From: a virus
Lineage: Duplodnaviria > Caudoviricetes
Reading direction: 5' to 3' (one strand)
IMG/VR virus record: IMGVR_UViG_3300030372_001749
Location: 1 to 59,518 of that record
Length of the DNA stretch: 59,518 bases
Shown here: piece by piece, positions 43,301 to 51,927 of the stretch
Position numbering within the stretch: the stretch's first letter is position 1
Layout of the letters: the number at the start of each line of letters is the position of its first letter
The notes under the pieces: generated by a model
What the model was told of the DNA's origin: nothing
Seen by the model: only the letters and a program-made list of their open reading frames with translations
The model's database searches: none
Program-made: the position numbers and the translations under genes

Positions 43301-45760
43301 CAGAAACCATATTCTACTAGGGTCATTTGTTTCAGCTACAGGAAGACCTGTAGTTCCCTCACCTGTACCATCTTGTTTATAAAAACGTGAAGAATAAATA
43401 GTTTGATACGTACCCTGACTAGGTTTTACTACAAACTTATATTTCTTAGCCCAGTAAGGAGGTAAGTTTTTTAATGTTACCTGTATTTGGTTTTTATTAT
43501 CGGAGGTAGATGCAGGATAAAATACTGTATTATCTACACTTGTTAAAACTGTAGACGCTCTACCATACTCATCCATATATACTATACCTACCTCATAATC
43601 TCTATTAGAGTGTAAGCTAGATTTACTTGGTTCATCCGTTACTTGCAACCTACATCCAAACTGCTCGAAGTTATAATATCTATAAGCTACCGCAATATTA
43701 CCTGTTCCTGTGCCATCTGCCGCAAAGTATTGCGTGGCAGGAATAGTTAAACTAAACGTAGTAGTACCAGCCACATGTTCATATTTAAATCCTTGAGGTT
43801 CACATATTGGGGTAGAGCCTCCACCTGTAGTTATTTGGTATGATACATTATCATTACCTAATGTAGTATTTCCACCAGTTATATCGGTTAATCCTAGCTC
43901 TGTTTGAGAAACAGAGTTAACGGAAGATGTTAATCCCGTAATAGTATCTACAACTATATTACCTACTACTACACCACTTGCTAAAAAATCTTCAGTTGTG
44001 TCAATTAAAACATTTACTCCTGTACCATCTGTTACACCAGTTTCTACTATTTGATTCGCACAAGGAGTAGGAAAAGGATTTGTATCTAAGTCTGTAGAGC
44101 TACATGCTGTATTATCTATCCCTCCACTTACTAAATATAAATCACCAGCTCCCATAGGACTTTCAGCTAAATCATAAAACTTATCGCTTAACGTAGAGCC
44201 TGAACTAGATTCTTTACAAGGGTATAATGATTTAATTACAAAAGGATTACTAAAACCATCAGCTATACTACCTCCTATCCTATTTTTAAAAGCTGGGTCA
44301 GAAAGTAAAGTGTCTACATCTGGATATTCTACAGGACATGTAAAGGTCATGTATAATTCAAAAGGACTTATTTGAATACTAGTAGTATTACAAAAAGCTG
44401 CTACTCCTGTACATTGTGTTGCATTACTTTGTTCTAAAGTAAATTTAAAATTTAATGTCGTACCTACAGGAATTGCCGCTCCACCTACCGCAACGTCTGC
44501 TAAATCAAATGTTAATTTAGCGTTAGTTTCGGTATGTGCTCCTCCTATAGTGTAACTTCCATTACTTAATACAGGGTTAGTAGCACTATAAATTTCTCTA
44601 TTATCGAAAGGTTCGCTTAATGGTGTAGTATAATAATCTATTTTTATTTGGGTACCATCTTTTTTATCTGTAATATCAAAACCATCTACATAGTTTCCAT
44701 ACATCAAACGGTTACCCATTATTGTCTGAGCCTTTGCTCGTAAAGGAACATTATCATACAGCCTTAATAGTTCATCAGAACCTAGTGTAGTATATATCTC
44801 ACTATTAGTAAACTGTATAGTATGAAAAGAATTATCGGACCATCCCTCATTCTTTTTTATAAATCTTTTTATAACGTATATTACATTAGATGTGCTCTGT
44901 TTGTATAATACATCTACCTCTAATACTCTCTTGCTTCCTGTGGAAAAGGTAACATTAGCAGCATTGAATTTATTAACCATTCCTTCATTCCAAAAATTTT
45001 GGTTACTTATTTGAAATTGTTGTGGTTCAAATGCAGGTGTAGAAAATAAAGATATAGCACTATACTGACCATCTTCATATCTATACCTATAGGCAAAAGA
45101 TAAGAACTTTGTTTCCATATAGTTCTCTTGCCCAGGAACCTCTAATAGCTCAACATGAGGTGTACCTAAAGGAGCTACCTGTCCTGCCGCTACATCATAA
45201 TCTTCATAACCTGGAGGTTTTACAATTACACTAACATCCTCCTCCTCAAATACTGTATCTATACCACCATCAGGATAGTCGTATTTTCTATTTACATTTA
45301 TGACACGTGGAGGATTAAAATCATCCGTAAAGAATAATAGGTTCTCTATTTTAGATACTCCAGTTATAAGGTATTGAGAGTTAAAATTTAATACCTCTGT
45401 ACTTATAACATGATATACAATATCATTTGTATTAGTATTATAGGATACAATCATATCTACAACACCTGTAACTACAGAGTTAGGATTACTTGTATCGTGT
45501 ACAAACCAGTAGATAGTTTCATTTATACCGTCCTCAAAACATCCAAGAGTTCTAGCATTATCAGTTAGTTGTGCACCTGCATATTCCAAAAAAGTTAACC
45601 TAGTGTTACCTTTAGAATTTTCTACCGCACCTATCTCTGTAGTTTCCGTAGAACCTAACCTAACATTTACTGCATCTACATATTCTCCTACAGGAACTAA
45701 GCGTTCATCAACGCTTTTATTCATTCGTCCCCGTATAAAGTTTGTTGAAATTTTTGCCAT
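40382..45760 (-). CDS. Large tail nozzle/muzzle (stabilisation) protein, crAss-like
   Basis: GRMNKSVDERLVP.GEY.DA.N, LLFFTDDFNPPR.IN, GNRLMYGNY, EEYGISHNPESF. Confidence 0.75.
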   Translation of the reverse strand: MAKISTNFIRGRMNKSVDERLVPVGEYVDAVNVRLGSTETTEIGAVENSKGNTRLTFLEYAGAQLTDNARTLGCFEDGINETIYWFVHDTSNPNSVVTGVVDMIVSYNTNTNDIVYHVISTEVLNFNSQYLITGVSKIENLLFFTDDFNPPRVINVNRKYDYPDGGIDTVFEEEDVSVIVKPPGYEDYDVAAGQVAPLGTPHVELLEVPGQENYMETKFLSFAYRYRYEDGQYSAISLFSTPAFEPQQFQISNQNFWNEGMVNKFNAANVTFSTGSKRVLEVDVLYKQSTSNVIYVIKRFIKKNEGWSDNSFHTIQFTNSEIYTTLGSDELLRLYDNVPLRAKAQTIMGNRLMYGNYVDGFDITDKKDGTQIKIDYYTTPLSEPFDNREIYSATNPVLSNGSYTIGGAHTETNAKLTFDLADVAVGGAAIPVGTTLNFKFTLEQSNATQCTGVAAFCNTTSIQISPFELYMTFTCPVEYPDVDTLLSDPAFKNRIGGSIADGFSNPFVIKSLYPCKESSSGSTLSDKFYDLAESPMGAGDLYLVSGGIDNTACSSTDLDTNPFPTPCANQIVETGVTDGTGVNVLIDTTEDFLASGVVVGNIVVDTITGLTSSVNSVSQTELGLTDITGGNTTLGNDNVSYQITTGGGSTPICEPQGFKYEHVAGTTTFSLTIPATQYFAADGTGTGNIAVAYRYYNFEQFGCRLQVTDEPSKSSLHSNRDYEVGIVYMDEYGRASTVLTSVDNTVFYPASTSDNKNQIQVTLKNLPPYWAKKYKFVVKPSQGTYQTIYSSRFYKQDGTGEGTTGLPVAETNDPSRIWFLLEGQNANIIKKGDELIVKKDSNGPIDIEVKAVVLDVQAFSGGGISTAQNSLAGLYMLLKAEGWNADISDNSIINYGTQTWVNNQQVSVPPGPLSPVGGQGFIPFCNAFNNPLVPPAPFTQPSFNPPLLPLFLQSTTYNNYVTSNTFAYGYPLFDPNTNQNYTIPAGSEITIKLNITRPGTDDCFRSLSYDRSFISGYDYSTFRDWAQGDDLTNSMTTNLPGVTSDGMAIGFDAGNYTFSPVVLYSFIPGIGSIGASHLFTCEACFGSFEYNVLCRIQENTASGLQYFVVQGNLKTCETSFAAFPAFANLNIEVKRNDVDFVFETVPDDADANLFYDASDLLEIEGGFHQAKHNFDPVSQSYTLEPTDQNQTATQNLVTILDAYNCYSFGNGVESYRIYDSIIGKPFNLGERVLAVSNQDFVEADRFSDITYSGVYSNSANINNLNEFNLGLVNYQEYERDFGPIQILHARQTDILTLQEDRITYVQVGKTLISDAVGGGAIVSTPQVLGKQIARIEEYGISHNPESFVAWGYDMYFTDAKRGAVINLKSTGKGDALNVISTAGMNSWFRDTFNKQLTTQKLGGYDPYMKEYVLGTNLNTIPVDLKRVPCGQAVNQESSTNSITYDVEVGEVIGTINIPYHISSGDVNISITWNGSVVASVLNATIPGTLSFSKTLNTPTTCTVLVTPNVSSTYEVIVECPEEKEIRVVQVVVNSNNYAGQFIHTNYNWSDGSTVSPSTGFSSAQLKVTQPAEYVENIGIRSVGVFPYTGSNITLRTEKFGVDDFDFNPSKHRFRILSSNTHYTNSVADIDALLAASTTVGPISNPVANTFEATELAMSIPDGNLYLYLIWDLRLISSQAVCYCPAGSTADDVCCTCITVCKNVYIGPQCQIQTQACTTDVDTPGKFERPFEVSFSGNSSIPTIGDIVYTTLSCGLPTMAPGFYIVSPVSPSVGTKKWIQLDNAGTVIDEGNC

Positions 45761-45761
45761 C

Positions 45762-46682
45762 CTACTTTATAATTTTATTCTGACCTCTCATGTTTTGTAA
45801 TAATCTACCAGGATGTATATTACTTAATCGTAATTTAGCATTACGAAGTAATGATGATTTATCTTTACGTGCTCTATTTATTATATATTCTTGAACACCA
45901 TACCTACCGTTAAGTAAAGAATATCTTATATATGCATAGATAAACTCTTCAAATAACTTATTCACACTTACACTAGCATCGTCTCCATTCTCTAAACCAT
46001 CCGACACATATTCCAAGACAACTAACTTACCCGACATATCAGATGTGAAATTTATAACACCTCCCTTTTTATTTATACTGAATGTTGGGTTGATGTTAGC
46101 TGTCTCAGTATTTAAACCAAAACGTGCACCAATATTATAATCAAAATACCATGCACCATCTATATTATATCCCATCACACCATTATATGGGCCATCACCT
46201 AGGTACATATTCTTTTGTTTACCATCTAACCTTTGCTTATCAAAGAATGAGTTATCAGGCTTTAATACGTTTCCATCTATATCAAATAATATATTACAGT
46301 CATTATCCTGTAGGTATGCTCCACTCCAGTTAGTCTGTATATTCTCTGTCATTGGATATAACATACCGTCCTGCTCTAAAGATATTCTTACCCAGTTTAT
46401 ATAGTCTGGAGGTAAAACAAATCTTAATTGGTCACATACCGTAAGCTCTAATATTTTTATTTCTTTCATCGCATCGTAGTTCAACTCTTGTATCCCTCTC
46501 TTTGCATGAAATAGAACCTGATATCTATTTATATTATTAATAAGTTCATTGTTACCTTGGTACATTAACATAAAATTATTTACAATATCTTCTAAGCTAA
46601 CGTATTGGTATGACCCCCAGTTAGAATCCGTTGGTACATTTCCCCCATTTTCATAATATTGATAATCTGTTATATATGCCAT
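45762..46682 (-). CDS. Tail ring/tubular (adaptor) protein
   Basis: LPPDYINWVRIS; position in the block. Confidence 0.65.
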   Translation of the reverse strand: MAYITDYQYYENGGNVPTDSNWGSYQYVSLEDIVNNFMLMYQGNNELINNINRYQVLFHAKRGIQELNYDAMKEIKILELTVCDQLRFVLPPDYINWVRISLEQDGMLYPMTENIQTNWSGAYLQDNDCNILFDIDGNVLKPDNSFFDKQRLDGKQKNMYLGDGPYNGVMGYNIDGAWYFDYNIGARFGLNTETANINPTFSINKKGGVINFTSDMSGKLVVLEYVSDGLENGDDASVSVNKLFEEFIYAYIRYSLLNGRYGVQEYIINRARKDKSSLLRNAKLRLSNIHPGRLLQNMRGQNKIIK

Positions 46683-46684
46683 AG

Positions 46685-47647
46685 TTATGATGATTCTTGT
46701 GTTTCAGTATTTTCTTCTTGCTTTCCAAAGTTATATACATCAGCCTCTCTAATTTCTATACCAACGTATTGGCAAATCTTTGCAATCAATGTTGGCTCAT
46801 CAGATGCAGGTAATTCAAAGTCTTGAAAGTCTGGAGAAGATGGATAAAATATAGGTTCTCCCTCTGTGATAAGCTGGTATGTCCAGTTAGGAGCTAGAGG
46901 ATAACGTACATACTGTGCGTGTATTGCTCCTACCTGTAGTATACTTGTAGGATATACAGTGATAGTGTTACCATCTAGTACATACGCAGGATATGTTGTA
47001 GTAGGAGCGGTAAGGCTAGAGTTTGTTAAATAAAATATTTTACTTTGACTTACTCTCTCTACCTCTCTAATCTTTGTGTTTGAATATATAACATAGGTGT
47101 TACCTATAGCAAATATATTTGCACTTAAACTAATACTACCTGTACCTGGTGTACCTACCGCTGTAACAAAAGCTTCTTGTAATGTTGTTGTATTCACAAT
47201 AAGGCTACCTATGGGTGGTGTTGGTGCAGAGTTAGGAATATTTGTCCATACCGCAGACTGTGTTGAGTCTGTTATGGTATTACCTGCACTTGTTCCAGTA
47301 ACTGTCCCTGAATATAAAGCAGATGAATAATAAAATAATTTATTCATTAGGTAATAATCTGCAGGTAAAGAATAAGTATTAGCATTTGACTGTGTTAAAA
47401 ATACATTCTTAGAAAATGAATCCATAACCTCTAGTAAATTTTTAGTTATATCTGCATACCCTGTACCTGATTGTCTAGCGTTTTCTCTCTGTATCCATCT
47501 ATTGTAAGCATAGAAATAATCCTCAAACATATCCATCTGAGCTTGCTGTGCGTACAAGTTAAAATCTTGTGGAGATATATAACCGTAGTTATTTTTATTA
47601 GCTATTGCTAAGACAGTATTTCTTACGTCATTTATTGATGCTGCCAT
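46685..47647 (-). CDS. Head-tail adaptor/ring protein
   Basis: NKNNYGYISPQDFN...LPADYY...YVRYP.APNW. Confidence 0.65.
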   Translation of the reverse strand: MAASINDVRNTVLAIANKNNYGYISPQDFNLYAQQAQMDMFEDYFYAYNRWIQRENARQSGTGYADITKNLLEVMDSFSKNVFLTQSNANTYSLPADYYLMNKLFYYSSALYSGTVTGTSAGNTITDSTQSAVWTNIPNSAPTPPIGSLIVNTTTLQEAFVTAVGTPGTGSISLSANIFAIGNTYVIYSNTKIREVERVSQSKIFYLTNSSLTAPTTTYPAYVLDGNTITVYPTSILQVGAIHAQYVRYPLAPNWTYQLITEGEPIFYPSSPDFQDFELPASDEPTLIAKICQYVGIEIREADVYNFGKQEENTETQESS

Positions 47648-47699
47648 ATTATATAAACATTTCTACAAAGATAACAAAAAAAAAGAGGGGTATAATTTA

Positions 47700-47984
47700 T
47701 TAGAGAGTCCAGTCTGTTATTCTCATATCCGTAACTAAATCAGGTTGTATATAATTTAAAGATGGCTCATCTACTAAACGTTGAAGAGCTAGTATTACAT
47801 TACCTGTAAACCCAAGTGTTGCACCTGTACATGTAAGTGTAGCTACCGCTGTACCTCCTGCACCGCCTGGTAATAAATGTATTCTTATCTCTGTTGCACT
47901 TATGTATTGTGGTACTACTCCTGCACCTACAGGAAGGAATAAAACCCCATCGTTATCACTATCAAATATTAGATACTTAGTCAT
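47700..47984 (-). CDS. Small virion accessory protein
   Basis: ATG 4 nt after TATCTTTG (leaderless candidate). Confidence 0.6.
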   Translation of the reverse strand: MTKYLIFDSDNDGVLFLPVGAGVVPQYISATEIRIHLLPGGAGGTAVATLTCTGATLGFTGNVILALQRLVDEPSLNYIQPDLVTDMRITDWTL

Positions 47985-47998
47985 ACCACAAAGATAAC

Positions 47999-48030
47999 AA
48001 AAAAAAGAGGCTCTATTTTTAGAACCTCTT
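47999..48030 (-). terminator. Intrinsic terminator abutting a promoter
   Basis: AAGAGG-TTCT...AGAG-CCTC-T8, then TATCTTTG. Confidence 0.65.
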
Positions 48031-48054
48031 AATTAGTTTTTAAATAAATAATAC

Positions 48055-48396
48055 CTATATAGCTATAGAGCTAAACGCTAAAGCACTTAAAGCATCACCA
48101 TCTATAGTTAAACTTGATAAATCTAAAACTGCATTAGTCCAACTTGTTGAACGAAAAGCAACCAACTCATTCATCATAAGATTAACGGTAGTTGCATTTT
48201 CTGCTCCTGTTGCTGTAGTTCCATAAGTTAAGTTATAAACTAAAACCTTAGCAGTAGCATTGTTGTGAGAAACAACATTAGTAACAATGTTAATAACGTC
48301 ATTATCACCACCATCAGTTTGAATTTTAGTGATTGTATCACAGTCAATTAATACTTGGTTAGCATTATCTACACGAAATTTAATAAACTTTTTCAT
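48055..48396 (-). CDS. Small virion accessory (decoration-like) protein
   Basis: Own promoter (48426-48433) and terminator. Confidence 0.6.
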   Translation of the reverse strand: MKKFIKFRVDNANQVLIDCDTITKIQTDGGDNDVINIVTNVVSHNNATAKVLVYNLTYGTTATGAENATTVNLMMNELVAFRSTSWTNAVLDLSSLTIDGDALSALAFSSIAI

Positions 48397-48444
48397 TGTA
48401 TAAAAAATTAATGATTAATAAAGTACAAAGATACGTAAAATATA

Positions 48445-49215
48445 TTACGACTTTTTAGCCTTTGTATTACCTTTAAGCATTTGCTTTAATAACTTATACG
48501 TCTCTATACCATCGTCTGTTTGAAAGTATGAAGCCATAATGTCATTAGCGTCTTCACCAAAAGGAACTGTTAGTATCTTAGTCTTATTATCCTTTAAGTT
48601 AAAGTATACATCTCTACCTTTATTTCTTTTAGATAATAAGTTCTTAGCAAAAATTTGTACTACATCATCATATACCTGTAACGATGGGTCATTTAATATA
48701 TCTATAAACTCTTCTGGATTATGTCTAGCATATACTAATATATCTCTTTTTAATTCAGATGTGCTTTTTCTATCTACTGATGTACCCATTAATACACGAC
48801 ACACCATTTCTAATTTAGAAATAGATAAATCTCTGGCTAATAACTGTGCGTCTAATATTATTTCTTGTATTTCTAATTCTTCCGCAGCATCTTTAGCTTC
48901 GTTTATTTCTTCAAATATCTGGCCATTACTTGGGTGTAAAGATAAAAACTCTTGTAATACCTGATTACTTCTTTCTACCCTTAGAAATCCATCTTCAAAT
49001 ATAATAGGCTCCATTATAGCGTTACCATCTTGCTCATCCTCAAAAGGACTCTTTTGGTTTCTTGCGTAACGAAGGGGACGGTTAATACCTTTCTCTTCAT
49101 CAAAATATAATAATGGGGACCTGTGGTTATGGTGTGAGTTTAGCATAAAAGATAATGGTGCTATCTCACTTTTTAATCTATAGCTTTTAGCTATTGCTTG
49201 TGTTTTCTTTTTCAT
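48445..49215 (-). CDS. Hypothetical protein downstream of the capsid gene
   Basis: LRYARNQKSPFEDEQ. Confidence 0.7.
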   Translation of the reverse strand: MKKKTQAIAKSYRLKSEIAPLSFMLNSHHNHRSPLLYFDEEKGINRPLRYARNQKSPFEDEQDGNAIMEPIIFEDGFLRVERSNQVLQEFLSLHPSNGQIFEEINEAKDAAEELEIQEIILDAQLLARDLSISKLEMVCRVLMGTSVDRKSTSELKRDILVYARHNPEEFIDILNDPSLQVYDDVVQIFAKNLLSKRNKGRDVYFNLKDNKTKILTVPFGEDANDIMASYFQTDDGIETYKLLKQMLKGNTKAKKS

Positions 49216-49232
49216 TGTATTAAATTAAAATT

Positions 49233-49264
49233 AAAAAAAAAGGGGAGGAGATTAATCCTCCCCT
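49233..49264 (-). terminator. Terminator after the major capsid gene
   Basis: GGGGAGGA-loop-TCCTCCCC followed by T9. Confidence 0.85.
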
Positions 49265-49276
49265 AATTACTATTTG

Positions 49277-50740
49277 TTAGTCTTTGAATAAGAAGAAGTT
49301 GTTTGCACCTAAAGTACATACAGCTCTTTCTGATAAAAAGTTAACTGTCATTGCATCTAAAGAAGATGTTCTTGCACCACCAGCTGAACCAGTAATCCAA
49401 GTTTTGTAACGTCTATCTTCAGTTTCAGACGCTCTATAACGTACATGTAAGAATGGACGTTTAGCGTTCTTACCTAAGATTTGGTCATATACTGTAGTAG
49501 AACCTGCAGGAACTAACATTCCGCTAATCTTACCACCTGTTAAACCACCACGCATTGTTGGGTCGTTTAAGTATTTCCAATCTGATTTGTAGAAATCATA
49601 ACCTCTACGGAATCCTGTGAATCCTAAGTTAAGAGCCATTTCCTCATCGTTATCGAATAAACCATATGAAGTACCACCCGCTCCGTAAGAGTTTTGTGCT
49701 GCTAACATATCATCAATATCGAAAGAGAAATCTCTATTTACAAAGATTACGTTTTCTTCAATCGCACCTTGCTTATCTAAACGTTGAATAACGCTATCGA
49801 AACCTGCAAGAGTTGTTGGGTTACCCCCACTCCATACATTTCCTCTAGCATTTACTACGTAGAATACACCTTCAGAACCACCTTGACCATCAGTACCTGT
49901 TGCATTACCAAAGGCAATAGCGGCACCTGATGCATTTTCTGCTGGAACTGCTTCAATCATAGCTGTTTCTAGGTAGTCTTCAAAACGTAGACGCGTTTCG
50001 TGCTCAGACTTTAGGTACCATAGGTAACCTGTTCCTCCGTCTTCAGTAGAAATCTCTACCCATCCAATCTGTGCCATATCAGAACCACTTACCTCGTAAG
50101 TATCTTTTATGATGATTGGTTTATTTTCAAAGATAAAATCTTGAGCCTCTAATGAACCTGACATTCCTTCAGTTGCTTTTTTAAACTCTGAACCATAAAT
50201 AAATACAGTAGCTGTTCCATTTATAGCAATAGCTTGACCTGCTGCTTCATAGTAAGATACTGTAAAATTGAAAAAACCTCCAGCTGCTACTGGGTCTACT
50301 GCTGTTACTACAGCTTTATTAAATAATGTTGAGCCTGCTGCTTCATCAGAAATCATAATAGTTTGACCTACTCTGATTGCTGTAAATCCATTAGCTGGAG
50401 CTGTTGAAGCTGGAGCCGCTGGGTTAACTTGTGCAACAGGTACATCCCATACCGCACCTGCATCTGTACCTGCGGCATTTTTTGCAATACATCCTGTGTA
50501 CTTTGTGTGTAATCTTCCTTGCTCTGCCCATTTGATAAGGTCTGAGTTAGAAGGCATTTCAGCACCAACCATTCGTAAGAATGATGCTACTGTTCTGTTA
50601 CCGTAACGTTCGAACTCTTTCTCATATGTATCTGGAAGATACTGATTTAAGAAATCGAAGTCAGTAATGTAATTTGTGGCTGTTGCAACCTGTTGTGCAC
50701 TAGGTTGTAAATCAAAGCCTGGAGTTCCTAATACTGCCAT
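49277..50740 (-). CDS. Major capsid protein
   Basis: 487 aa after the scaffold; WAEQGRLH, GSEFKK, IIKDTYEVSGS; strong terminator. Confidence 0.8.
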   Translation of the reverse strand: MAVLGTPGFDLQPSAQQVATATNYITDFDFLNQYLPDTYEKEFERYGNRTVASFLRMVGAEMPSNSDLIKWAEQGRLHTKYTGCIAKNAAGTDAGAVWDVPVAQVNPAAPASTAPANGFTAIRVGQTIMISDEAAGSTLFNKAVVTAVDPVAAGGFFNFTVSYYEAAGQAIAINGTATVFIYGSEFKKATEGMSGSLEAQDFIFENKPIIIKDTYEVSGSDMAQIGWVEISTEDGGTGYLWYLKSEHETRLRFEDYLETAMIEAVPAENASGAAIAFGNATGTDGQGGSEGVFYVVNARGNVWSGGNPTTLAGFDSVIQRLDKQGAIEENVIFVNRDFSFDIDDMLAAQNSYGAGGTSYGLFDNDEEMALNLGFTGFRRGYDFYKSDWKYLNDPTMRGGLTGGKISGMLVPAGSTTVYDQILGKNAKRPFLHVRYRASETEDRRYKTWITGSAGGARTSSLDAMTVNFLSERAVCTLGANNFFLFKD

Positions 50741-50752
50741 TTTTTTAAATTT

Positions 50753-51877
50753 TTATTTTTTCTTAATACTTCTAATTCTGAGTCCCTTCCCACTGCTACT
50801 ATCGCCTACGTTTCTAATCTTCAATCCATCTTTACTGAAATTCTCAGGAGTCTTACGTATACTGTCCATATTAATGTTCTTTGATTTTTTAGAAACATTA
50901 TCTACAGCTTCCGTCATTCCCTGATTGTAAAAAAATTCAGCAAACTTGTCAAGATTCATAGCAACTGAAATGGCTCTATGATAACCTTGAGGGTCTGCAA
51001 TAAGCCCTGACTCTTTATCCATGAATTTACTCACGAAATTATTTACGTCAGATTGCTTACTCTTCAACTCATTGCTATCACCAGGTTTGAAAGTAAAACT
51101 TTTTTCTCCGACCTTGAACTCAAAACCTTTGAACTCGTCATTAAAAACCTCATCAGTTTTTTCCAGAAAGTAATCGTACTTTTTCTTCTGTGCTTCTCTA
51201 GCTGTGTTTGACTCTTTTATATAACTTTTATAGCTTTCCATTTCTTTAGTTTGCTCATCAGATAACCCACCCCCACTTGACTCAAGAGGAATTTTATATT
51301 TATCTTTTTGCTCGTTAAAGAACTTTCTAGCTTTTGCAAGTTCTCTTTTCTTTGCTCTCTCAATCTTTTTAATATCCGATTCTTCATCTACATCTTCATC
51401 GTAGTTAAACTTATCTTCTATTAAATCTTTTATATCCTCACTATCTAAACCTTCTTCAGTATGAGAATAATATTGAGATAACAATGTGTTACCGTCCATG
51501 TTATCGTAATCCTTTTGTAAATTAACAAAGTCTTCGATACCACGACCAGTTTCTTTTTTGTATTTAAAATACGCAGAAACATCTTCAGGTAAATCAACGT
51601 TTGATTCTTTAGTTTCAAACAGTTGTTCTACTGAGTCGATATCTCTATCGTATCTATTTTTAATATAAGAAAGAACGTCTGCATCATTTAACTCTGGTGC
51701 GGGAGCTTCCAATTCTTTTGTTTCGACCTCTGGTATCTCTACCTTTTCTGTTGTAGTTTCTTCACTATTAGAATCCTCAAATTGCTCTTCGTGTTTCTGC
51801 AGTAATTCCTCTTCAACTTCTACTCTCGATTTCTCGACACCTGTAACTTCTTTTACAGTAAATTTATTTTCATCCAT
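50753..51877 (-). CDS. Scaffolding protein
   Basis: Acidic, helical; between portal and capsid. Confidence 0.7.
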   Translation of the reverse strand: MDENKFTVKEVTGVEKSRVEVEEELLQKHEEQFEDSNSEETTTEKVEIPEVETKELEAPAPELNDADVLSYIKNRYDRDIDSVEQLFETKESNVDLPEDVSAYFKYKKETGRGIEDFVNLQKDYDNMDGNTLLSQYYSHTEEGLDSEDIKDLIEDKFNYDEDVDEESDIKKIERAKKRELAKARKFFNEQKDKYKIPLESSGGGLSDEQTKEMESYKSYIKESNTAREAQKKKYDYFLEKTDEVFNDEFKGFEFKVGEKSFTFKPGDSNELKSKQSDVNNFVSKFMDKESGLIADPQGYHRAISVAMNLDKFAEFFYNQGMTEAVDNVSKKSKNINMDSIRKTPENFSKDGLKIRNVGDSSSGKGLRIRSIKKK

Positions 51878-51927
51878 TTAATTTAATTTTTACAAAGTTA
51901 GTATTTATTTATTTTATTTATTTAAGC

